Source: Leucoraja ocellata
Lineage: Eukaryota
Direction of reading: 5' to 3'
Length of the DNA stretch: 64,000 nucleotides
Assembly (NCBI GenBank): GCA_036785375.1
Contig: JAWMAR010001283.1
Coordinates: 1 to 64,000 of the forward strand
The notes below the pieces were generated by a model. It searched no databases. It worked only from the letters and a program-made list of their open reading frames with translations, and was not told where the DNA came from. The stretch's first letter is position 1. Each line of letters begins with the position of its first letter. Shown here in pieces: positions 39,345-50,339 of the stretch. Made by a program: the position numbers and the translations under genes.

Positions 39345-39640
39345 GTACCGTCTTTCTCCAGCTGCCGTATTCCAAGCGCAAGTTTGCGAGTGGGCAGCAG
39401 AGGCGGAGGAGAAACTCCACCAGCTCCAGCACCCAGAGTCTCTTTGGCGAGGAGAGGATCGGCTACAACTGGGCGTACAACACCTTGCTGACCAAAACGT
39501 GGCGATCCAGTGCCACCGGCGATGAGAAATTTGCCGATCGTCTGCTCAAAGACCTTAACGACTTTTGCTCCAATAAGGACAACCGGCTGCTCAACTTCTG
39601 GGAAAGCTGTCTGGACAAAATGCATTCCAGCGCACCCTGA
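39345..39640 (+). CDS. DEPDC5: DEPDC5 terminal coding exon ([14 protein letters not shown]...[10 protein letters not shown])
   Basis: ccag| acceptor; TGA stop at 39638-39640; matches the DEPDC5 C-terminus. Confidence 0.97.
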
Positions 39641-41179
39641 GACGGGCAAAGCCATGTCCATGGGACACGTATCTGCCCTAGTCATGGCTCACACTAGTCA
39701 TGGTACACATATCTATCCTACGCCTGATGGATGGTCACTGCTGCCCTTGGTACATGCACCATTCTTTGCCCATCAGAAGGATAATCGTGCCCACCGGAAG
39801 GATGGTCAATGTCCATTGGCAGGGCAATCAATGTCCATTGGTGCGTAAGTCCAATGGTTCCCATTGGGAAACTGGTCAATGCCCACTGGTATATACATCA
39901 TTCTTTTTCCCACTGGAAGGATAGTCAGTGCTCATTAATACACACATATAATTGTTTCCCATTGGAAACACATGGAAAGCCCTTTGTATACTTTGGTTGA
40001 GTTGCAAAGACACCCGTCCCCATCACTCTGCTCACGACACCTCATGCAGCTCAGCTGAGAGTTCTTGATGATGGTCCCTTTACTGTATCACCTCCGCTGT
40101 CTTGTTGACCGTTGTGATATGTCTGATCATACTGACATTAAATGCAGATCTATATCTCGTCCAACAGCCTGTCATGGAATACCTAATGAAACCAATTAAG
40201 CCGAGAAGGAGAAAGTTCCTGGAATTCAATATAATGAGGGTTTGGAGGGGAGTTCAGAAACAGAAAGGGATATTGGCTTCATTGGCCCTCACACCTCGTG
40301 GTAAATGCATCATGCAACATGCATCTCCTTTCCCAACAACTAATGATTAGTTTCTATGGTTTTAGCACATTGCAAGCCTAATTAACATGGTCTCCACACT
40401 TGTCTTTGCCTTTTACCGTGCTGTATTACAAAGTCCATCATTCTACTATTGATTATTTACCTGAGTTTATTTTGTATTGAGATATTTCCCTCTGTTGATG
40501 AGGGGATAGGAATGGAAAGACTCGACCAGCTGCCATTGCGAACATTTGCGCCCACCCAAGGCACAATCCCCACTATCTCCTGTTTCTTTTTCTTCACTTT
40601 GGCTTCCATAATTTTCTTTCCTGCTCTCCCTGTCTCAGATACCTACCTCCTACCCAGGGGCCTGCATCTTCAGCTGGTCTGAGGGGGCAGTGGTCGAGAT
40701 CCACTGGAAATCCATTGAGAGACTGGGTGCACTGAAGACATCCCAATCTTTTCTGTTCAATGAGTCCCAAAACTGAACTCAAATGTAACTTTCTTCAGGG
40801 CATTTATTATTTCACACAATTTATAGAAAATGAATGGAGCAGCTGAGTTGGGCAAATATGGATCAGCTGGTTTTCCACCAGCTTGTGTTGGAGGTATGGA
40901 CCCAGAACTGATGATGAACTGTGAGGGGAAAAACTTGCTATTTTCGACTTGTACAAAACGCATTATCTCAGAGTAGTCATTGGCTTCACTAAATATGTGG
41001 ACGCTATATATTTGTTAGGCCAGTGTACTTGTGCAAGACCTTTAAATCCTCTCCATTAATTATTCCCACAGCCAACAAGTGATTTGTATGCCTCAGTTGT
41101 TATGTAGCTGTGGAACAGTTGGTGACTGATACGGGCACCATGAAAATGGCCATTGTCCCCAACATCCCATCTTGTAAAT

Positions 41180-41405
41180 CAGGTGTTCCCAACCTATTTC
41201 ATCCCATTTATCCCTGGCAACTTTAATAGCACATAACAATGTTATTTCACTTATTTATGAACAACTAATGATGAACAGATACCGGTATACCAAACACAGT
41301 CAGTCAATGAGGGAAAATATGTACAAATCCGGAATCAACAAATTTACCCCCTGGGTAGGCGAAATTTACCCCCCTGGGGGTAAATATACCCCAGGTTGGG
41401 AACCC
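41180..41405. mobile_element. hAT/Charlie-like MITE in the putative DEPDC5 3' UTR
   Basis: TIRs CAGGTGTTCCCAACCT / AGGTTGGGAACCC; TTGTAAAT duplicated at 41172-41179 and 41406-41413. Confidence 0.75.
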
Positions 41406-41457
41406 TTGTAAATGGAAACCTGCATCATTGACTCTTTCTCAGCGCTACATAATTTGC

Positions 41458-41470
41458 ATTAAAAAATAAA
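41458..41470 (+). terminator. Putative DEPDC5 polyadenylation signals (ATTAAA and AATAAA)
   Basis: ATTAAA at 41458-41463 and AATAAA at 41465-41470, followed by U/GU-rich ttgttttattttgtt. Confidence 0.6.
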
Positions 41471-41499
41471 AAGAGAAAATAGTCCTTGTTTTATTTTGT

Positions 41500-41631
41500 T
41501 TAAGAAGGAACTACACAGATGCTGGAAAACCGAAGGTAGACAAAAATGCTGGAGAAACTCAGCGGGTGAGGCAGCATATATGGAGCGAAGGAATAGGTGA
41601 CGTTTCGGGTCGAGAGCTTTCTTCAGACTGA
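41500..41631 (-). mobile_element. PLE terminal-repeat copy with hammerhead-like core
   Basis: Reverse complement: cagtCTGAAGAaagctctcgacccGAAAcgTCacctattcc... Confidence 0.75.
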
Positions 41632-41870
41632 GGGAGAGGTTACTGTCTTGACACCATGATACTAAGTTCTCTATCTCCTTCCAGTACTCCATTTTATCGT
41701 TGTTCCTGCTTCGGCCAACCACAGTGATGTCGTCTGCAAACAAACGTATGGGGAATCAGTCGAAATTGGCCGTACATTCGTGTGTGGATGGAGTATAGTG
41801 CGGGACTGAGAACACATCCCCGCAGGGTACCAGAGAATTGTAATGGAAGAGATGTTCTCACCCCACCTCT
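41632..41870 (-). mobile_element. Rex/L2-type LINE RT fragment
   Basis: FADDITVVG...EYWKEIENLVSWCQDSNLSL. Confidence 0.7.
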
Positions 41871-42479
41871 ATCTAAATCTAATCCCTGTTATACCTGTGG
41901 CTACAAATAAATCATGCGCAGGGAGTGTTACTCTGTTTCAAACTTGCGGTATCCATGCTCTAGAGAGCCAGTCTAGGCAGAATTAATTTGTTTCCACACT
42001 TCGAGTGTGGACGAAATTCAAAAATGCAGATACATGTGCTGCAAAGTATAAATTACCCGATCTCGACCTCGTTGCATCTTATTTCGACCCGCATTTCCTC
42101 TGTAGCTGTGTCTGCGCAGCTATATTCTGCACACAGTTTATTTTCTCTTGTGCACTGAGTGACTGGTAACATTTGCCTGGAGATAGCACGCAAAGCAAAG
42201 TCCCCCCCACAGTTTCCCCATACACGAAAAAAAACAGCACGACACATGAAAGAAGGATAGAAAATGCCGGGAAACACTCAGCGGGTCGGGCAGCAAGCGT
42301 GGGGGGGAGAAGCAAGTCAGGTAGCGGCCAACTGTGAGTCACATCTGTGCGGAGGGAGAGAGTGACTGGTTCCTCCTGATACTGGCCATGGAAACTGAAG
42401 TGACCTTTTGAGCGGTCACCATTTATACACACACACACATAGACCTTGCATCTAAATGTCCCGCTTCACCTTTTCACCC

Positions 42480-42730
42480 ACTCCGCAGGTCGGGTTGATC
42501 TAAAGTTGTTCAGTGCCGCTGTTTACAATTTTCCTTGGAGGGAAGGGGACGGGAGAGGGGGAGAGGGGGAGGGGGTTGACAACGCGCTGACGGACCGTGG
42601 ATGATCCCCAGGGGTTGGCGCTCTGGCGAGTCCGCCGCGGTCACCCCGCCAGCCCCCGGTGAGTCCGCCTTACACCCGCTAGCGGGGTTGAGAAACCATC
42701 CACGAGGCCGGCGGCCGGGCAGGAAGGGCT
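42480..42730 (+). promoter_or_regulatory. CpG-rich promoter and non-coding exon 1 of the ANHX-like gene (donor after 42658)
   Basis: Local CpG enrichment, G-tracts at 42538-42576, consensus donor CCG|gtgagt. Confidence 0.6.
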
Positions 42731-42739
42731 GATCCCTCC

Positions 42740-43460
42740 CTCCATCCTCCCCCTTCCCCTCAGACCCTCCACCCATTACACCCTCCACCATTCCCTCCTT
42801 TACGCCCACACGATCCCCTCACACCCTCCCTCCACCCACCATCGCCAGCAACATCCTCCCACGTTCCTTGTTGCTTCACATCCTCGCTCCAACCCTTCCC
42901 TTCCTCACACCCTCCCCTCTTCCCTTCCCCCAACACCAACCACTCTCTCCTCCTCCCCTCACACTTTCCCTCCACTCTCCCTCACAACCTCACTCCCTCA
43001 ATCTTTCCATTCTTTTCCCCCTCACATTCTAAAATCCGTCACTCATTTGAACCGTTACGCTCCCACCCTCCCTCACTCCTCATCTCCCTCACAACCTCAC
43101 ACATTCCCTCGCACCCAGTCCTCAGTCACTCCATTTCTCCCTCACCTACACGGTCATCTTCCTCTTCCTTCCCCCTCCCCTACATCTCCCTATTACCTCT
43201 CACAGTCATTCCTCAATCTCACTCCTCTGCCCTTTCTTCTCCTCCTCACCATCTACCTCCCCTCCACCTTTCTGTCCCTCTTTGCTCCTACTCTTCCTTC
43301 CCCCTTCCTCACTCCCTCTCCCCCTCCTCTGCCCCTCCATCTCCCCTCCCTCCCTCATGCTGCTCCTTCCTCACCCCTCACCCCATCCCCCTCACCACTT
43401 CCTCCTCATCACCTCCTCCTCACCCTCCCATCTCCTCCCCTCCCTCGCCCCCCTCCTGGT
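42740..43460 (+). repeat. ~700-bp C/T-rich low-complexity tract
   Basis: Almost purely pyrimidine (with some A) on the + strand. Confidence 0.9.
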
Positions 43461-43568
43461 TTCACACACTGGGCTGTCAGTTGGCCCAGTGAGGAGGTGG
43501 GCCGAGGTTCACTGGCTCTTGTTCCCTGGTTCCAGGAGCCGATTGAAGTGTGAAGAGAGGCCGAGAGG

Positions 43569-43682
43569 ATGGAGGGGAGTCAGAGTCGGCGAGGAGCTCC
43601 AGACACGGCTGAGCAACTGCGAGCGGAGGTCAGGGAGCTGCTGAGGAGGCAGGAGTACGACAGAGCCTCTGCCCTGCTGGAG
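43569..43682 (+). CDS. ANHX: ANHX-like coding exon 1 (MEGSQSRRGAPDTAEQLRAEVRELLRRQEYDRASALLE)
   Basis: Acceptor ttccag| (exon starts 43536), in-frame upstream TGA, strong Kozak AGGATGG, GAG|gtaaac donor; aligns with the ANHX ...QQQAACRLLE helix. Confidence 0.75.
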
Positions 43683-44547
43683 GTAAACCAGCCCGTGACT
43701 GCCCCTCCCCACTGCCCTCCATCCCATCCCACTACATTCTCATCCCACTACATTCCCATCCCACTGCCCGTCATATCATTGACCCTCCCCTTCAACTGAC
43801 CTCTGCCCGCTCCTCTCTTGCTGATCACTGTGCCCATCCTATTGACCACTATGCCCCCACCTCTTCCACTGGCCACCAGACCCCAGTTTCCCACTGAACA
43901 CTGGGCCATCCCCTCGCACTGACCACCAGACACTGCCCCCCCCCCCCCCCCTCCCCTCCCACCGACCTCTGGCAACTCCCAATTCTTACACCTCCATGTG
44001 CTTGATGTTTTCCTCTCCACAGACACTACCTCATCTGCTTTCTGTTTTCATTTCAAGCTCTCAGCCTATGCATTTTGTTTTGATTTCCCAGTGTAATTTC
44101 TATGTCTATGCTGGGATCAGTAGTCCCCTGGCTGCAGGGTAATCATTGTAGCCCAGTTTTGACCTTCCTCAAAGACTGCAGCCGTGTGCCATGGAGATGG
44201 TTGACTGTGGTGAAGTGTGTGAGGTAGGACTAATTCCTCTGGCACTGCGGCTAATTGCAGGAGTATACCCTCATTCACATCTTGTGTAGAAAGTATCGAC
44301 GTGCAAATCACTTGCTGCACAGCTGTGTGGCAGCTTTCATGAGAAAGTGCAACCTCTACACATATCTTCCAATTATCCGCCAACTTCACCAGAGGCCTAT
44401 GTCCTGGTGCCCTGTATCCTGTGCAGTCTCACCTGCATAGTCCCAGATATATTCACTTTAACTATTTTGCCATTGTGTATTCTTGTTCTAGGAGTTGCCG
44501 CTAGACTCTGCACTCGGAGACAATAGTTGGGTCCATCAGTTATGGTC

Positions 44548-46280
44548 AAAGTTATGCAGCATGGAAACAGGCCCGTCATCCCAGCCAAGATGCCCATTTA
44601 CACCATCCCTATTTGCTCACGTTTGACCAGCATCTCTCAAAACCTTTCCTATCTAAATACCTTTGAAATGTTGTATCTACATCAACCATTTCCTTAGGCA
44701 GCTCGTTCCACATACATTAGACGCTCTATGTGGAAAAAGTCCCTAATATACTTTATCTTCTCACATTAAAGCTATGCCTTTTAGTTCTTCATTTTCCAGT
44801 CCTGGGAAAAAGACAGTGCATTCATCGTATCTATGCCCTTCCTGATATTGAACACCTCTATACGATCACACCTCCACCTCTGATGCTCCAAGGAATCAAG
44901 TCCAAGCTTTCTCAACTTCTCTTTTTAACACCATCCATCGAGTCCTGGAAAGATCCTGGTAAATCTTTTCAGTCCGTCAATCAGTCAGTCAGTTTTATTT
45001 CCTTCGCTCCATAGATGCTGCTGCACCCGCTGAGTTTCTCCAGCTTTTTTGTGTACAGTCAGTTTTATTCGTCACATTGCACATAAAGTGCAAGTGAAAT
45101 GAATTTGTCAGCAGCGGTACAATGATAAAGAACACACAATACACAATAAAAATTTAACACAAACACCCACCACAGCATTCATCACGGTGGTGGAAGGCAC
45201 AAAATTTGGTCAGTCCTCCTCCAATTCCCCCCGTGTTCGGGACCAGAGTCAGTCCAGGATCGGCTCTTCCTCACCGGAGACCGCGGCTTTAGGTTGGTGT
45301 AGGCCGCAGGCCGGCGGTCGAAGATTTAAAGTCCCCGCCGCAGCCAGAAGCATTCTGCACTTTCCAGCTTAATTATATCTTTCTTATAGCAGGGTGACCT
45401 AAACTGGACACAATATTAAAAATGTGGCTTCCCAAAGGTCTTGTAATATAACATCCCAACTTCTACACTCATTGTGTGAGAAGAAACCGCAGATGCTGGT
45501 TTAAACTGAAGATAGACAAACATCTGGACAGGCAGCATCTCTGGAGAGAAGGAATGGGTGACGTTTCGGGTCTGAGGAATGGTCTTGACCCTAAACGTCA
45601 ACCATTCCTTCTCTCCAGAGATGCTGCCTGACCCGCTGAGTTACTCCAGCTTTTTGTGTCTACTGTACTCATTGTCCTTACTGATGAAGGCTAGTGTGCC
45701 AAAAGCCTTCCTCGCCTGTCCACCTGTGACTCCACTTTCAGGGAATTAAATATCTGCACTCCTAATTCCCTCGGTTCCACAACACATCTTTCATTGTGAG
45801 AGTCCTACCCTGGTTTGATTTCCCAAATGCAACACCTTACCTGAATTAAATTCTATTCGCCATTCTTGAACCCACATCCTCAGCAGATCAAGACCCCTCT
45901 GCAATTCTAGATAACCCTCGTCACTGTCTATGATACCACCTAATTTAGTATTATCTGCAAATTTACTAACCACATCTTGCACATTCACATCCAAATCATT
46001 GATATAGATGAGAAATAACAATGGGCCCAGGACTGATTCATGTGGCACATCACTAGTCACAGGCCTCCAGTCTGAAAAACAACCTTCTACCATCACCTTC
46101 TGCTTCTTACAATCAAGCCATTTATGTATCCAATTCAGTAACTCTCCCTGGATTCTATCTGATCTAACCTTCCAGTGTAAAGTACCATGAGGAATCTCAT
46201 CAAAAGCCTTGCTGGAATCCACATGGACCACGTCTCCTGCATTGCCCTCATTGACTTTCTTTGTTACTTCTTCAGAAACC
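44548..46280 (-). mobile_element. CR1 LINE RT fragment carrying three nested insertions
   Basis: ORF 45791-46282: DxSKAFDEIPH...SVLGPLLFLIYINDL...KFADNTKLGG. Confidence 0.88.
45476..45666. mobile_element. Inverted PLE terminal-repeat pair with TSD
   Basis: ~38-bp inverted arms (caggcagcatctctggagagaaggaatgg...); ACTCATTGT duplicated at 45467-45475 and 45667-45675. Confidence 0.75.
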
Positions 46281-46430
46281 AAAGTTACTATAAGGAATTG
46301 AATTGAGAGATTGCTGCAATGAGGCAGAATACAGGTGTTAGACTGTAAATAACTCCCAGAACATTGTGCGACTGTGGTGAGGGGGTAGGGAAGAAATCTT
46401 GTGTGTTACATCATGCATTTTTCACATTAG

Positions 46431-46555
46431 ACCTGCAGGATTAAAGAGAAGGATGTGGTCAGATCTCTGTGGTATGAAGTCCAATACATGAAACTGAAAG
46501 AACAGCTTGGAAAGAGCAAGTTGACTGCAGTGCAGCGTTTCCGCTGCAGAAAGAG
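46431..46555 (+). CDS. ANHX: ANHX-like coding exon 2, SIX-domain C-half (TCRIKEKDVVRSLWYEVQYMKLKEQLGKSKLTAVQRFRCRKR)
   Basis: attag| acceptor, AG|gtacgc donor; matches ANHX LWNDIHY...LTPVQKFRCRKR and SIX LW..AHY...LGAVGKYRVRRK. Confidence 0.88.
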
Positions 46556-46797
46556 GTACGCAAGGAGATTTTAACCTGCCTGGCCGCACCCAGAGCACAA
46601 TAACAGGCAGGCAGATCTGCCGAGACAAGAGACTGCACTTGCTGGAACCTGGAGCAACGATCTGCTGGAGGAACACAGTGGGTCGAGCAGCATCTGAGGG
46701 TGGAAAGGAATGCTCGACATAGCTCGAGTGAGTTTGTTGACCATTCCCTCCTCCCACTTTCCCTACTGATGCTGTTCGAGCTACTAAGTTTCACCAC

Positions 46798-47102
46798 AGG
46801 CAGCACAGTGGTGCAGCGGTAGAGTTGCTGCCTTACATTGCCAGAGACCTGGGTTCGAACCTAACCATGAGTGCTGTCTGTACAGAGTTTGTACGTTCTC
46901 CCTCCACATGGGTTTTCTCCGGGTGCACCAGTTTCTTCCCACACTCCAAATCCATAAAGTTTTTTAGGTTAATTGGCTTAGAAAAATTGTAAATTGTCCC
47001 AAGTGTGTAGGATAGTGTTAGTGTACTTGGATCGCTGGTCGGCACGGACTCGATGGGCTGAAGGGCCTGTTTCCGCACATAATCTCCAAAACTAAAAACT
47101 AA
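46798..47102 (+). mobile_element. Full-length V-SINE (HE1-like)
   Basis: A-box (tggtgcagcgg), B-box (gggttcgaacc), V core and tail. Confidence 0.85.
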
Positions 47103-48054
47103 GCAGCGTATTGAAGCAGATGTGCCTAGATGTCCCTTCACAGCACAGCTGTGACGCACCAGCAGATGTTGCTTCAATCGGTGGCCACAGGCTACTCCCA
47201 TGGCTGGAAATTCACCGGCAGCATTCATGTTCCCCAATGTGACGTAGCAAAATTCGTCACGAGTGGGGCAACAACAGCATTTCACACCATGTGGCAGATT
47301 GAGACGTGCTCTGCCAGTCTGGTCCCACGCAGACTGTCCCCATGTCAGCATGTGGGAGGACTGGAGAATTGTGGTCGAATGTGGACCACACCGTCCCAAA
47401 GAAGGTCACCGAGAGAGACAATCCTGGATAACCAGGATTCCCTGGGTCACGGTTCAATGTTACTTTATGTAATTTACTTCAAGATGTCAGTGAGGTCCCG
47501 ACCCTCTGCATTAACCCCCCCCCCCCAAATTCCCCACAATTATCAGGCAGCTCATGACCTCACCCCTGACTCCCTCACTACAATTCCCGATTTCCTCTCT
47601 CTGCCTTCTCAATGAAGGTTCCTCTACCTGCAATAGCAATATACCAGTTCCCACCTATTTCCCGAGCCCACTCCCATACAACAAGCCCCTGTTCCTGTTT
47701 TAATTGCCCCTCTGCTAACCTGTCTGGTAAGACCCCGACCCACATCTCGAGACTGCCTTGCACCTTCCTCAACCACTTTGTCTGGCAGCTTGTTCCAGTT
47801 ACTCACCATCCTCTGTGTGGAAAAAGTTGCCCCTTGGGTCTAGTTCAAACCTTCCTATTCTCACCTTAAATCTAAGCCCTCTAGTTTTAGATTCCCCTAA
47901 CATGGAAAAAAGATTGCAACCATTCACCTTATCTGTCCCCTTCGTGATTTATATACCTCCATAATATCACTGCGAGAGTGAAGGTGAGGTACATGATGAA
48001 GGACATCTTTGGGTGCCCAATAGGTCTAACAACGGTGCTTCATGTACCTTCCAG

Positions 48055-48178
48055 GAACCTGCTGCCCCGCTCTCTGCGTGTGGAGGAATTCAAGACCAGG
48101 ACCCTGCCTCGGGAGGCCAGAGAACAGCTACAAGCCTGGACCAGAGGAAACAGTGCAAGCCCTAGTATGGCAGAGCGG
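48055..48178 (+). CDS. ANHX: ANHX-like coding exon 3, homeodomain N-half (NLLPRSLRVEEFKTRTLPREAREQLQAWTRGNSASPSMAER)
   Basis: ttccag| acceptor, CGG|gtaagg donor; aligns with ANHX NPPPPSL...KSRNFPREVREKL...NPSKAER. Confidence 0.88.
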
Positions 48179-49108
48179 GTAAGGAGAGCCCTGATTAGTA
48201 CGGATGTCATAGGTTATGAGGAGAAGGCAGGAGAATGGGGTTAGGAGGGAGGGATAGATCAGCCATAATTGAATGGGGTAGTAAACTTGATGGGCCGAAT
48301 GGCCTAATTCTGCTTCAATCACATGATCATATGATCTGTGTGACCACGACAGGACACTGCAGCCTATGAATTCATTCTAATGAGGAATCAGTGAGGTATA
48401 ATAACCATGGCAACCAGTCTGCACATAGCAGGCTCTTACAAAAGCAGATTTTATTCTAATTGTTAACGTGGGTGGAACCAGGGAGAAGCAGGGGTGAATC
48501 CCATCTCTCCTATGCCCTCCATTCAAGGTGCACACTAATTTCTATCATCATCCCATCAATCTCCCCCCCCCCTCCCCCTCCCCTGTCCCCTTCCACCTAT
48601 ATTCCTGCCTCTGACTTTACATTTCACTCCAACTTTTACGTATTTCTTTGTGTTGTCTTTTCATCTCTAGCCTTTCTTCAGCCATTTGCCAATCAACCTC
48701 CCCCCCCCCCCACCCCCCCGGCCCGTATCCCCACCTCTTTGTCAATTTCCTCCACTCGCCACAATCAGTCTGAAAAAGGGTCCCAACACAAAATGTCACC
48801 ATCCACGCCCTTCAGGAATGCTTCCTGACCCACCGAGTCACTCCAGTACTTTGCACTTTGTTCAAGATTTCAGCGTCTGCAGTTCATTGTGTCCTATTTT
48901 CCTATTTTCTCGCGTTTTTTTGTTTGAGTCTGCTCTTGTGGTCCACTAGGTGAGTGGCTCCTGGTGTCGAGTGGTGTTTGGGTGTATGGAGAATGAGTGG
49001 AATGAATCTGTCTTGTGTTCCCGCTCCCTGAGCCAGAACGTTGGCAGCGACATACAGGTCCCACCCTAAGACTTGGTGAAACCCTGACCGGCCCGTATCT
49101 CTCTACAG

Positions 49109-49304
49109 GAGAAGCTGATGGAGGAGACCGGTCTGAATAAGCAACAGATCTGCAACTGGTTTGCAAATTACAGGAGAAAACTCAAGAAAGCCGCCAGCCA
49201 GCAAGAGAGTGTTGGAGAGTTAAATCAGAGCCCGGGATGTCCCCAACATTCGATGAGAAGTCCGCTGATCACTGTCGGGGGCAGCGGCAGGCCGCCTGTC
49301 TCAG
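49109..49304 (+). CDS. ANHX: ANHX-like coding exon 4, homeodomain helices 2-3 (EKLMEETGLNKQQICNWFANYRRKLKK...)
   Basis: ctacag| acceptor, G|gtaact donor; WFANYRR is the ANHX recognition-helix signature. Confidence 0.9.
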
Positions 49305-49439
49305 GTAACTCCGCAACTCTAACATTCGCTATGAATATGTTCTCTCTCCCGGTTCATTCCCCACTTCCGGCTTTTTCTCGGTTTATTTCCCACTGATCCC
49401 CATGTTCTGATCCCCCTGGTTCATTGCCTGGTTTTCATT

Positions 49440-49750
49440 TGATTTGCCACTGCTAGGACTGTGTGCACCAGTTCTAACCCATCCCCTTCCATCGATGCCG
49501 CATTCCCAATCAGGACCTCTCCCCTGGTGGATTCCCCATTCCCAACCTTCCCTTGTTCCTGGATGATCCCCCATTCCCGACCTTCCCTTGTTCCTGTAGG
49601 ATTCCCCATTCACAACCTGCCTTTCTCCTGCTGGATGAGCCATTCCCAAAATTCCCTCTCCCTTGGTAGATTTCCCATTCCACACCTTCTCACTCTGGTG
49701 GAATCCCATTCCCCACCTTCCTTGGCTGCTCTGAATTCTCCATTCCAACA
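49440..49750. repeat. Degenerate ~30-bp minisatellite (ttccccattccca-ccttcccttg-tcctgg)
   Basis: About 9 recurrences of cccattcc at roughly 30-bp spacing. Confidence 0.65.
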
Positions 49751-50142
49751 ATCCCTCCTAAACAAAACACAGAATGCTGGAGTAACTCAATGGGTTAGGC
49801 AGCATCTCTGGAGAGCTGATATTTCAGTTTGGGACTATTCTTCAGATGGAGGGCCCTGACTTGAATCATCAACTTCTTCATGTATCCCAGAGATGCTGCC
49901 TGACCCACAAACTTTGTATTAAAAAAAAACCCAGCATCTGCAGTTCCTTGTGTCCACATGTTCCTTCTCAATTCCCAACCTAGATTTAGGTATATTATCA
50001 CATTACCGAGATACAGTGTAAAGCTTGGCTTTGCACATTATCCAAGCATATGAGATATACTATACCTAAAAACAATTGTCAAACTTAAGTACAGCAAATA
50101 GAGTAATGGGGAATAAACAGAGTGCAGGATATAGTTCTCATC

Positions 50143-50339
50143 TTCTTCATCTTCTTTTCGTGTCCATCTTGTTACAAATGTTGGCCTCGCTGTCATCGCT
50201 CGTCCTGAAAAGGACGCAAGCTTCCGGCGACAATCAGTGGGACCCATCGCCTGTCACATTAGATGATGGTGGTAGCAGAATTAGCTCAGGATACTTCCAG
50301 TTTCCAGCCCCGCGACGTGGATGCTTCGGCTATGGGGCC
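50143..50339 (-). mobile_element. Short non-LTR (RTE-like) insertion with (GAA)-rich tail, nested in a Rex/L2 fragment
   Basis: AGTTCTCATC duplicated at 50133-50142 and 50340-50349; CpG retained. Confidence 0.65.

Noticed and set aside
43047-43553. 168-aa Pro/Ser/Leu-rich ORF in frame with the ANHX-like start
   Set aside because: It is a translation of the C/T low-complexity tract, starts at a non-ATG codon and ends in a stop before the ATG.
49109-49190. Calling the homeobox IRX/MKX/TGIF (TALE) or a canonical SIX gene
   Set aside because: It lacks the TALE three-residue PYP loop and the SIX K50/ETSY motif; the upstream SIX-like domain plus WFANYRR fits ANHX better.
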